From: Parasitella parasitica NRRL 2501 | Taxonomy: Eukaryota > Fungi > Mucoromycota | Direction of reading: 5' to 3' | DNA: 64,000 bases | Assembly: GCA_025201805.1 (NCBI GenBank) | Contig: MU619247.1 | Span: 156,103 to 220,102, forward strand | Shown: piece by piece, positions 12,545-24,241 of the stretch | How positions within the stretch are numbered: position 1 is the stretch's first letter | Layout: each line of letters opens with the position of its first letter | Translations under genes and position numbers: made by a program | The notes under the pieces: generated by a model | Told to the model about the DNA's origin: nothing | Database searches by the model: none | Seen by the model: the letters and a program-made list of their open reading frames with translations, nothing else

Positions 12545-14113
12545 TTATTCAAAAATGTCGTCATATTTTGTAATCAAAAGTTGAACCAACACCATGCCTT
12601 GGTTCATTTGCTTCAAATAGATAGCTGCGTCTGCCAATGCAGATTGTTGTGTATCAGGCACATTCATGTAGGTGCCAGATAAAGAGTTGGCCGCAGGTGC
12701 CTCCTCAGCTCGAATCATGTTTGGTGTAAATACCACTGACAAGTTGTGAGTATTCATTCTGTTTTTGCTCGAGTGCTCGGAGACTTGTTTTAAAAAGTTG
12801 CAAATGTACTTGAGCAGCGAAAGATAGTTGGGCGATTTTTTATAGTATTCGTGCAGTTTGGCTTTGACTTTTATAATGGTGTCGTTGGTGCAAATACTAG
12901 CATCTGCGTTATTGATCAAATTCAGTTTCTAGGGCTCTGCAGTACACTCTCATTTTTTACCTGGCAATGCACCCATACTCTCACTGAATTTCAGGCTAAT
13001 AAGTGGAACAGGAAGTTCCCGGATAAAGACCTTCAATAAAGCTGCGGATACATCAATGTCATGTTGCTTCAAGTCAACGACGGAGCCTTATACATATGTA
13101 TATTAGTTCCCGGGTCACGTATAGATACTGCACATGACAGCTCCTTACCATTGTTAAATGCAGATTTGACAGATTGCAATTCATCGCTGGATGGAGACTT
13201 TCTGAAAATACCTTCCTTTTCTAAGCCGTGCTCTTTCAAATGGTCCACAATTTGAATAACGAAATTTGGAACATATTCGATTGATTCGACGCCTTGAAGA
13301 GATGCCAAATCTTCCAATCTTCTACCAAAAGCCAACGATGGTACCGGTCTCTTTTGACGTTGTAGAGCAGGTGGTGGAGGAGCTGGATTACTTGCTAGTA
13401 ACGGAAGCTGGCTGTCGTAACTGACGACTCTTTGAGGGGTGAATTGAGGCGCTAAAGTGATGTGTCCCTTTAAAGACTCCAAATTTGGAATGTAGCGTAA
13501 TTTGCGAGCAAACTTGGGGCTGATGATTTTGTTTGCAAGATCAAAGACAATGCGATATGTCCTGGTCAGATGAACAACATACAGAGCCTTCAAGTTCTTT
13601 TTGTATCTATTGCCACAGTAAACACAATGCTGACTTGTAAAGCGTTAAAGTCAACTTACTTGCGATCAAGAGAGCGGTATGCTTTCAACAGCCACATCCA
13701 GCCCGGTCTGTATCTGGCTGGTGAAGAAAAGAACACTAACACATAGTCATTCTCGACAAACTCATCTCTACAAGAAATTTTAGTTTTCTATCTTTATGTT
13801 GTCATGGAGAGTTCATTACAGTCGCGCAAGGATAAAACTGTGGAAATTTTAGTAGCAAGCCAATCACGCAGCACAGAAACTTACGACAAGATCAAATCAT
13901 AATCATAGACATCAGGGTTTGGCAAATTATCCGCACATAAAATCAAAATAGGTCGGCTTTCGCTATCGAGGCCTAGTTTTTCATGTTGAATTAAAGACTA
14001 TGTTCATGTTGAATTAGTTGCGCTGTTCTTTTACCAGCCTCATAAATGATATTCAAAGCTGAAATCCCTTTAAATTCGGGGCTATGACAAGGTAATGGAA
14101 GAGCTTTATTCAT
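12545..14113 (-). CDS. Rho GTPase-activating protein with N-terminal CRAL-TRIO/BCH domain (ARHGAP1/8-like), 7 exons
   Basis: GLDSESRPIL..DEFVENDYVLVFF..YKKNLKALYVVH..ISPKFARKLRYI (BCH); GLEKEGIFRKS arginine finger; NRMNTHNLSVVFTPNMIR (RhoGAP). Confidence 0.9.
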
Positions 14114-15382
14114 AGAGACAGTTAAAGGGAAAAAAGTAAATTATGAACAAAACTGCACACATGACAATGTGTAATGTACACTGTGCAACATCATATCAAC
14201 CGGGCTTGGCCTCCCCACCATTCTTAAGCAGTCATGTAGGGAAAAGGAACCCTCTATCATGTTCAAGGGAAATCCAAATGCTTTAGGAATACACGAATGT
14301 TTACATAAGCCTTAGGATGTGATCGATATTATGTCTACGCTATAAACGGTGTAGCTGTCCTCCAGAAAAGAATGGCGGTTTTTCAACCTAAAAGATACAT
14401 AATCATGCTTTGAACTATGATGATGGAGGACGAATATCAAGGTACATCAACAGTATCTAGTAGAAGCCTCGCCCATGTTAAGCTTGCAAATATCGAATCT
14501 TAATATATGAGGCTGCACCCTGAGCAAATACTGTAGGGTGTTTACTATTTACACCACTTGAGGTTATTTATTGTATTTATGCAACGTACGCATAACAGCA
14601 ACCGTTTTCGAAAGTAAATCTGATGTTATACACAATCCTGTGCATTTATTTCACGAGAAAATGGAAAAACATGCAAAAAGTCATGTTGGTAGTATACAAC
14701 AGTATTACCATAGAAACCCTTTGCTTTAAAGATCCAATAATGTGATGGATTAGTGAATGAGCAGTACATGTATATCTACAGTATACAAGCTGATTATTGT
14801 TGTATATATTACATATGTTTATTCATGTTAAAGACAAAGGTGTACTCGCTTATTCTGGTTCGAGATGTAGAGTAACGGGTATCGTCAGCTTATTAAATTG
14901 TTGTTTGGTCATAATGCATACTTGAGATTCACACACAGCATTTCTGCATACATGATTATATTGTATCAATCTTTTTATAATGACTATGCAATACTGTAAC
15001 TAAATATAGAGGAAAGTAATATAGATTAAGGGGTATATTTTATAAGTTATCTCTTTTTCTGCTGATTTTTGTCTCTTGTTCCCATTCATTTCGACAAAAC
15101 AAAGACTTGAAAAAGGTACGTGCGGTGTTTAATACATGTTGCACGATCAATCCTAGGCCAAACCTAATTCACGCTTGTTAATTCACCATTATTGTTCTGA
15201 TTTAATACAAAAAAAGACTCGGTTTTATGTAAGTAATATACATCGTATCCATGCCTATTACATAGTATGGGAATATCTTGGACAAAACAACAATAAAAAA
15301 GATTGACAGCTTTTGTATATGAACACTAGTGATTGCTACTTCTTCCCCCCCTCCTTTTTTTTTTACATTTCGTTGCACATAA

Positions 15383-17027
15383 ATGAGCTTAATGAACAAA
15401 AAAACCGCTGCCACTACCGCTGACAGCTCAAGTGGTACTAGCATACCTGAACAAGTGTCGATGGTTGAAGAAGAAAGGCCAATAGAACCAACACAAAGCT
15501 TTTTACTACCAGGCGTACTAGTTACTACTCTTTTTTTCTTGTGGGGGTTCAGTTACGGATTGCTTGATACATTAAATAAGCACTTTAGAAATGTATTGGG
15601 GATTTGTAAGTATTTTATACGGTATGCGCATAAAGAAAATGATCTGACTAGCATTGTCGTCATGTAGCAACCACAGAGACTACATACATGCAGGTCGCAT
15701 ATTTTGGTGCCTATTTTATCATGAGTATTCCGTGAGTTAATACAATGATCCAAAGAAAATACTGTTTTATTTAAATAATGGATGTAGTGCGAGCTTTATT
15801 TCGAAAAGATTTGGCTACAAAAAGACGATTATTTTTGGCCTAGGATTATATGTTATCGGTGCGCTTTGTTTCTATCCTTCTGCTGCAAATTTGAGTTATG
15901 GAGGTTTTGTTGGATCGCTATTTGTCATTGCTTGTGGTCTCGCGACCTTGGAAAATTGTTAGTGAATTCAGTAACTCCTGGTTTGTCACATCTCATCATA
16001 TGTTTGTGTAGGCGCCAACACCTATATTACCATTATCGGATCAAGAAAATACGCATCTCTTCGCATCAATGCTGCTCAAGGATTCAATGGTCTTGCATCT
16101 ACTATTGCTCCTATTGTAGCATCATATGCTTTCTTTGGGGGTAATGAGGATACGGGGGGAGATCTGGAATCTGTGAAATGGACGTATGTTGGCGTTGCGT
16201 GTGGTGTATTTGCCATTGGTGTCTTGTTTTGCTTTGCCAACGTCCCAGAAGTTGACGAGGAAACACTAATGGCAGCTGAAGCTGAGGAGACAGGGGAAGT
16301 CGTTCGCAGAGCTTCTATCTTTTCTCCACATCTTTTGTTGGGTGCTTTTACGCAATTCATGTATACAGGCGCACAAGTAGCGCTTGCTTCCATGTTTATG
16401 TTCTACAGTAGCGAAGTTGGGCATATGCCAGACTCTCGAGGTTCTATTATGCTTTCTGTTGGTCAAGCCTGTTTTACTGTAGGCAGGTTTCTAGGAGCAA
16501 TTCTACTCAAAATATTCCGCCCTGACTATTTGATGGCCGTATACGCTGCTGGAGCAATTATTACCAACGTATTTATCATTGCCATAAAGACGCCTGAAAC
16601 GACTTACGCTCTGATCGTTTTGCTGTTCTTTGAGAGCGTCATGTTTCCCACCATTTTTGCACTGAGCACAAAAGATTTGGGTAGAAACCATAAGAGAGGT
16701 TCGGCTTTAGGTAAGTACTACATTGTATGGCATGTAAAAAGCTACATGATTTATCTCATATAATTCGTCTTGAATGATTTTATAGTTATTATGGGTGTCT
16801 CAGGCGGTGCTGTACTGCCTCCAATTCAAGCTGTAATTCATGATCACAGTAACGTAAATATTTCTTTTATTATACCTCTTGTGGCATATGTTGTTGTGTT
16901 TTTGTACGGTACCATTGGATGTAGATGGATACGATACGTAGATCAAGACCTTGATAGGGACCATAAGAGTGCCGCAGCATCTGAACAGGAACATGTAATT
17001 GAGCAACTCAATAATAAAGCTTTATAA
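15383..17027 (+). CDS. MFS sugar transporter, FucP/glucose-galactose (FHS) family, 5 exons
   Basis: LFFLWGFSYGLLDTLNKHF, QVAYFGAYF, QGFNGL, QFMYTGAQV, FFESVMFPTIFAL, GVSGGAVLPP. Confidence 0.9.
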
Positions 17028-19263
17028 TTGTAATATCTATACCTTAATAGCATCAATAAAATAAATTAGGTCAATTAGCAACAAGCTATTATTGTTGTAT
17101 TAGGCGAATTTTTCAGTCATAATTGGCATACGGGTTTGATTTATAAAGGATATTGGATATTGTCCACTATTTTATTTTATTTTTTGTTTTTGCTTATTAT
17201 TTTGAAAGAAGATACTACGCTCACACAAAAATTGTATGAAAATATAATACCAAAATATACATCGAAATGCTTATATATGTCTAATGTATATACTTAATAA
17301 TCAATGGGTGAGGTTTATAGCCAAGTTATGTACAAAAGCAGATATTATCTGCAGAAATAGTACTCTTGTAAATCATGGACTGCCAACGCAGATCATTAAA
17401 GGACACACATTGTTACTATCGGAATTAAGGATGATTTCAATTAAGGCGTTCCTATTCTTTAATTCAAAGCTAATGCTAGCTTTCAACTAGTTATCAGTAA
17501 CAGCCAGAAATCTGGGCACATCAGATATATGACTTTTTTTAAAAGATTATCGGCAAAAAACGGTGAATTTCATATAAAAAGTGCACATCAACACATATAA
17601 CTTTTCATATATTTGTCTGTTGCCGCAACAGCCAGGAATACGTAGAAAATTTACACAATATTCGATCAAGATTCTGCCATGTATTGTAACTGCAGGATCT
17701 TTACTGTGATACAGCATGCTAAAAACTCCACAAAGCAGATTTGAAAAGAAACGTTTCTCTAGCATTAGTAGCAATGTCATCTTCGTTGACATAAATCGAC
17801 ATAATACGTTGGCTAATGAATAACATGTATATTCCTCAATCGCTTGAGCAATGATTGAAAAGATGGGAGCTGACAAATAAGCAGATATAAAATAAATCTA
17901 TTCATCACAGCAAATAATTCCTGATTTTTATATCATCATTAAACACTCATTTTAATTCATTTTGACACTTTATTCTACTACACAAATAATTATCATGAAA
18001 TACGATATAAGTAAAGAGCAAGATAGGGGGGTTTTTTTTAAGCTTGACACATGCATATAAGCCTTGTGAACGTAATTTTTTGTGCAATACAGGTAAACTA
18101 CCCTCAATATCGTATTGAAGCTATTTACGTGTCTCTTTTATTTCAGCTTCAACAAGGCTTTATTTTGAAATATGCGTTTTATCCTTTGCAATAGAATGAC
18201 TATCAGGCTACTATGGTGCCTCGAGTAAAATGCTGGGAATTTTGATCAATAAAGCATTCTATTATGCCATTACTGGACTTTTTGAACTTTTAAAATTGTA
18301 AAGACGGCTTTATCTCTCTCTTCTTTTAGATTATGCAGGAAGGTCATCTTGGAGTATACTTCTTTTGTAGCCTAGTTAATTTTGCTTGCAACTTCAGTAT
18401 ATTCTCATCAAGTGGTCTAGTAGCAAGGGGGAAAATTGACTCGGACCTCGCAAATTTACATCGTGATCATTGTACAACTAAACTTAATCTAGTGAAGAGG
18501 TACCTGCTTTTATATGGGGATTAATACCGTATATGTGATAAATAAATAGAAAAAAAAAAGAAAACGATTCGGGCTGTACCGTTTTTATGTAAGACAATAT
18601 ATTGGTCTCGTTATTTAATCCATACATAAATCAACAAAAAAAAATCAGCTTATAATTCTACTGTTGCCACACAATTATATCTAAACAGTGTCAAACTATA
18701 AAAGTAGATCCATCCTATGTGAGAATCAAGGAAAATAAGGAGAAATGATTATTGGATCACTGCTGTTGCTTTGGTGGACAAGATGAATAATTAAGGAAGT
18801 GTCATTTTATAGGTTTCCCATTCACATATACTCAAGTTTGTGGAAAAGAGCCTTGAATTCACACACACACACACGGCATTTTAGTTTTTGCAATGACTAG
18901 CAGTAGATCATATGCATATTGTATGCGCTTCTACCGAATGCGCAAAGAGCGTGTGATACATGATAAGCGTAAAATCCCTTTCACAAACCTATACCCTATT
19001 TTCACACATTTTAATCCATTACACATACCCATCAAAACGGTACATAATAATATAGCAACCGTTTGAATCAAGACGTAATGTACTACTTCCCCACACTTTT
19101 TTTTTTTTTTTTTTTAAAAAAAAAACAAAGTGATAATAATGGATAATAGTGTCCATCTTAACCAATTCAAGAAGGCCCTCGCCAGAATCTACAAATAGAG
19201 ATCAGTTCGCCCTGTTTTTTCTTCCTTCTTCTTTTTCATCTTTTAAATATAAATATAGTCAAT

Positions 19264-19854
19264 ATGGTGAATATTCCAGTTGCTCCTGTGGGTCCAGAGA
19301 CGCAAGGCGTGTTTGTCCAGCAATTGACGCCCATTGCAAACAACCTGGTTGGGTCGTTTTTTGTAGGCTTAATCCCGTTGTTGTTAGTTTTGGTTCTATT
19401 AGGAGTGTTTCGAGTTCCTGCTCATTACTCGTCTTTAGCCGGGCTCATCGTATGGTAGTGTAACCTCATCTCCGAGCTGATTTACTCTATCAACTAACAA
19501 AACTCGCTTTGTAGTATATTCATTGCTATTTTTGGCTGGGACATGCCTGCTCAACAGGCGTTCGAATCAATCGGCAATGGCGTTGTATTTGCGAATTGGC
19601 CCATTATGTGGATCGTAGTTAATGCCATGTACATAAGTTATACAGACAAACTACCAAAACAAGGCAATATTGACGTTTATCGTACGTACCTGTAGGTTCA
19701 TTTACAACACAGCTGTTCATTCAGGGATATTCGACTATTTCCGCCGCTGGATCTTGGCTTATACCCCACCTGACACCAGGATCATTCTGCTCATCATCGG
19801 CTTTAGTTTTGGTGCACTTTTGGAAGGTAAATATATTATAACAATTTGAAGAGG

Positions 19855-19885
<31 letters not shown>

Positions 19886-21485
19886 GTGGTACGAATAGAC
19901 TTAAATGGCCTCTTGTGTTCATAGGCGTCGCTGGCTTCGGTACTCCAGGTGCAATTTGCTCTTCGTTGATGGTTTCTGTCGGGTAAAATTGTATAAATTG
20001 GGATTTTTATTACGCCAAATTGTACTAACACAGCATAATAACCAGATTTGACCCTTTGGATGCCTTGACCTATACCCTTATTTTTGACACTACACCCGTA
20101 GCATTCGGTGCTTTGGGTATTCCCGTAACCACGCTGGCTTCAATCACTGGCTTACCTGTCATGAAGTTGTCCGCCATGATGGGTCGTCAACTGCCTTTGC
20201 TTAGTTTGTTCTTGCCCACCTACGCTCTTATCTTTTTTGCCGGCTTCAGAGCCGGATTCCTTGAATGCTGGCCAGCCGGCCTCGTAGCTGGTCTATCCTT
20301 TGCTGTCATCCAAGCTGTTTTTGCAAATTTAGTGGGCCCCGAGTTACCAGATCTTATTGCCGGTATCGTTTCTCTCATTTCGATCATTATATTCGTTCAA
20401 TTTTGGAAGCCTAAATACCGACCTGAATTCGAGGCCCATATGGTTGTCTCTAAAGCTGCCAGTAGTGATGAAGAAAACGACGCAGACAGAGTCTCCAACC
20501 ATCATAGCAACCAGTCTGAAAAACAACACATTGAGCACAGCTCCAAGGAACCCGCCAAAGAGCAAAGCGACGTTGTACAGTCTGGTAATTCCTATGGCGG
20601 AGAAGGTGTCGTTGCACACGATGGTGCTACATCGATCAAAGAAAGAGGACTGGATATCGAAAAACTGAGTATTCGGGAGACTTTACTGGCGTGGAGTCCG
20701 TGGACGCTGATTGTTGTCGTTGTGATCATGTAAGCGGATGTCCTATTTTTTTTTTTTTTTTTTTTTACTGGTAAAATCATTCCGTAATAACATGAAAACG
20801 TAGCTGGACATTTGCCAAGGTGCCTAGCTATGGAAGAACGCTTGTCCATTGGCCACACCTGCATCAAGAGGTCTATTTAACACTCTACGGCAAAAGATAC
20901 GATGCTATTTGGACGTTTGAACCACTAGCTACGGGTACGGCCATCCTGGTTTCTTCGGTTCCTTTTGCTGCTCTTGTTCTTTGGAATGGATCTCATCCTC
21001 GCGTGTTCTGGCCCGCGTTCCGTCAAACAGTGACCCAACTCTTTTTGCCTATTCTTACCGTGTCCTTTATCATGGCATTTGCTTATCTCTACAACTATTC
21101 TGGAATCGCCTATACCATAGGGTTAACACTGTCATCTGTTGGTAGAGCCTTCCCATTTTTGTCTGCCTGGCTTGGCTGGTTCGCTTGTTTCCTTTCTGGA
21201 AGTGACACGTCTGCTAACTCTCTATTTGGTAATCTGCAAGTCGTGGCTGCACGTGAGATCGGTTTGTCTGCCATCCTCATGGCGTCGACAAATTCAAGCG
21301 GTGCCATCTGTTCTAAAATGATATCTCCTCAAAATTTGACAACAGGCGTATCCACCATTGGGCTTCAAGGTCAGGAGGGTCGTGTGCTGCGCAGAACCAT
21401 CTTGCACTCGATCATCATGGTCTGTTTTGTAGGTGCGATGGCTTGCGTCCAACAATACGGTATCCCTGGTATTATTCCGCCTTGA
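19264..21485 (+). CDS. L-lactate permease (LctP/LldP family), 6 exons
   Basis: IIGFSFGALLEGVAGFGTP, TTPVAFGALGIP, GPELPD, FLSGSDTSANSLFGNLQ, KMISPQN: LctP family signatures. Confidence 0.92.
19858..19884 (+). repeat. (GT)n microsatellite in a lactate permease intron
   Basis: Direct read of about 13 GT units. Confidence 0.9.
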
Positions 21486-21729
21486 TTTCATCCAAACTTG
21501 TGTCTTGATATTTTTGTAACCTCAAACATTCCTTGGAATTCTATTTTCGTTGGTTCAATTTAACTCATTTCATGCTAAGCTCAAATTGTTCATCTCATAT
21601 TACAGTATATAAATAAACCTGCTTGGATCGTAATGGTATATGCCGTACAAATAGAGGAGAAATCTCAATTTTTGTGCTGTAAGGATTTGCGCCTCTTGTT
21701 GATCTAGAAACTCTTACAACCATATGAAG

Positions 21730-21817
21730 ATCTGATACGCAAACAAACAGATCAGATATGATCAACAATCCCCATTGCATCTCCGTTAACAGTGATTTAA
21801 TATCAGATCATCAGATT
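21730..21817. promoter_or_regulatory. Cluster of ATCWGAT(A) boxes, putative iron-responsive GATA repressor (SreA/Fep1/Urbs1-type) sites
   Basis: ATCTGATA 21730-21737, ATCAGATA 21751-21758, TATCAGAT 21801-21808 (reverse ATCTGATA), ATCAGATT 21810-21817; 150-240 bp upstream of the siderophore transporter ATG. Confidence 0.7.
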
Positions 21818-21969
21818 AAATTCAAAATCTATTGATGGATAGAACGGATAGCCTAGAATCTCCAAGAAAAATTTTTCTTTTGGTTTATAAGACTAAATCC
21901 CTTTTTTGCTCTGTGAAAATACCTCCTTTTTTTTTTATTTATATATATATATAATATTTATATCTCATT

Positions 21970-23897
21970 ATGACTGATACTCCAATTGAGAAATCCTCGT
22001 TGGAAGGTGTCAAAATTGTAGAGCTCTACAAGTTTGTTTGGAACAAGTGGGATAAATGGATCATCTTTTCTGCGTAAGTGCTGTTTTTACAGACGAAAAC
22101 TATTGTGTTCTCATGTATTTGTTATTGTCAAACCAGCTTGATCCTCTTATCCTGGGCCATTAATTGGGAAACCAACCTCAATTTCGCTCTATCTGTCAAT
22201 GTCACTAGTTTATTCGAAACAAACAATTTGATTAGTCTCTTGCCTACTGTTTTATACATTCTCCAAACTGCACTTTTACCCATCTACTCCAAGTTGTCTG
22301 ACATGTATGGCCGTGCTCAATGCTATACGGTGGCATTGGCATTTTACATTATCTCTTACATCATCATGGCAACTGCCAATAACTATGAAACGCTTGTGGT
22401 AAGTTATACAAAGTCAAAGAATCAAGGCAAAGAATTAAAGATATAGAATAGGGCGGTCAAGTAGTGTATGCGTTTGGTTACAGCGGTGCATCCATTCTTG
22501 GTCCCATTACCATTGCTGATTTAACCAGTGTCGTTGACCGTGGTTTACTGCAAGGCCTTTACAATGTGCCTAGTCTCATCAACATTTTCCTCGCTCCTAA
22601 AGCCGGACAAGCCGTATTTGATGCTGGTCAGTGGAGATGGGGCTACGGCATGATCCCAATCATCATTTTCGTCACTTCATTCCCTCTCGTATTCAGTCTT
22701 TGGAAGCTGAATTTCCAGGTGAACAGAGCTGGTCTTTTAAAAGAGTACAGGGATGAACAAAAAAAGATTCGCGAGGAAGAGAACCTTACTTTATGGCAAA
22801 AGTGCGTTTGGTTTATCGTCGAGATTGACATCATTGGCAGCCTGCTCTTGGTAGCCGGCCTCTGCCTCGTCCTTTTGCCTTTGGTGCTTGCACTTCCTTC
22901 TTGGGGCGGCTGGACTAGCGCAACTACTCTTGCTACGCTCTGCTCTGGTGTTGTTGCCTGGGGTCTCTTTGGTCTGTGGGAGTGGAAGTTTGCAAAGAAG
23001 CCTGTAATCCCCCTGGCATCTTGGGATACCCGAACTCCTCTTTACGGTGTCTGTGCGCTTTCTACAGTCACCATTATCTCTGCTACAAACTGGCAATTCT
23101 TCCTTACATATCTGATGGTGTCTCGCAGAATCAATTCCGAAAAGGCCATCCTGCTCGAGAGAGGCTACAATGTCGCATACATCGTCTGCGAAGTTATTGT
23201 TGGTTATTTGATGAAGCGATTTCGCGTCTGGAAGCCCTTTGTTTGGGCTGGTGTGTCGTTGATCATTCTCGGTGTCGGCCTGATGATCCCTGCTCGTCTT
23301 CCCACTTCTTCTGACGCTTTTGTTGTCATCTCTCAGACGATTGTTGGCATTGGATCTGGCTTTTTGTACACACCAATGCTTGTAGCTATCCAAAGTTCTC
23401 TTCCTCACAAGGACATGGCCATTGCCACTGCCATGATGCAAGTGGGTGGCTCTATTGCCGCCAGTATTGGTTCTACTATGGCTGGTACTATTTGGAATAA
23501 CATGCTTCCTGGCGAAATTGCCAAGAATGTTCCTGGAGAATACGACTATGCTCAAATTGTAGGCAGCGCTATCTATGCCAGCCAGCTTCCTGAGCCTCAA
23601 TGGGAAGGGGTTGTCACTGCCTATGGCCATATCCAAATGGTTCTGTCCATTATTTCCATGTGCATTGCTGTTTTAACATTCTGCTTCACTATCCCCATGA
23701 AGACATTTGGTCTGGAGAACTATAATGAAGACGAGCAACAAGAAAAAGATCAAGTTACACTTGCTGAATCCAACAATAGCACTTCAGCGGCTCATAACGA
23801 CAATGAAAAGACTGAGGCCTATGAACTGGGGCATCCGAATACTGTTACAAATGAACGTGTATCGTCGTCACCTTCCGGCAACAAGGATTGCTTGTAA
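21970..23897 (+). CDS. Siderophore-iron transporter, 14-TMS MFS (SIT/ARN/Str family), 3 exons
   Basis: PIYSKLSDMYGR, IADLTSVVDRG, QWRWGYGM, EIDIIGSLLL, GGSIAASIGSTMAGTIWNNMLP, V..AYGH.Q. Confidence 0.85.
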
Positions 23898-24241
23898 CTC
23901 GACTAGAAACCGTATTCAGTGTAACATAATATTAATACAATTAGAACAATAATAAGCTTTGAAAAAGAAGCGATTAATAATGCCAAGCCTATCTCCCAAC
24001 ATTTTTTTTTTTTTTTTTTGTATATATTCTTGCAATAATAAATTCTAATCAACCAGACGTTTGATACCGTATCATATCATGTTATAGGGCCAATCTTGCA
24101 CATAGTGGTTAAGTGAATTTTAAATAGAATTGATTTTATTTTAAATATAGAAGCTAAAGATGCCTTTTTTATTTTTTTAGTATGAGAGCATCAGGTACAA
24201 ACAATAATGGAATGAGCGAAAAAAGATATGTATAAAAGTTA

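Noticed and set aside
17547-17876. 109-aa minus-strand ORF between the transporters
   Set aside because: Non-ATG start, no motif and no codon bias; probably random or very old debris.
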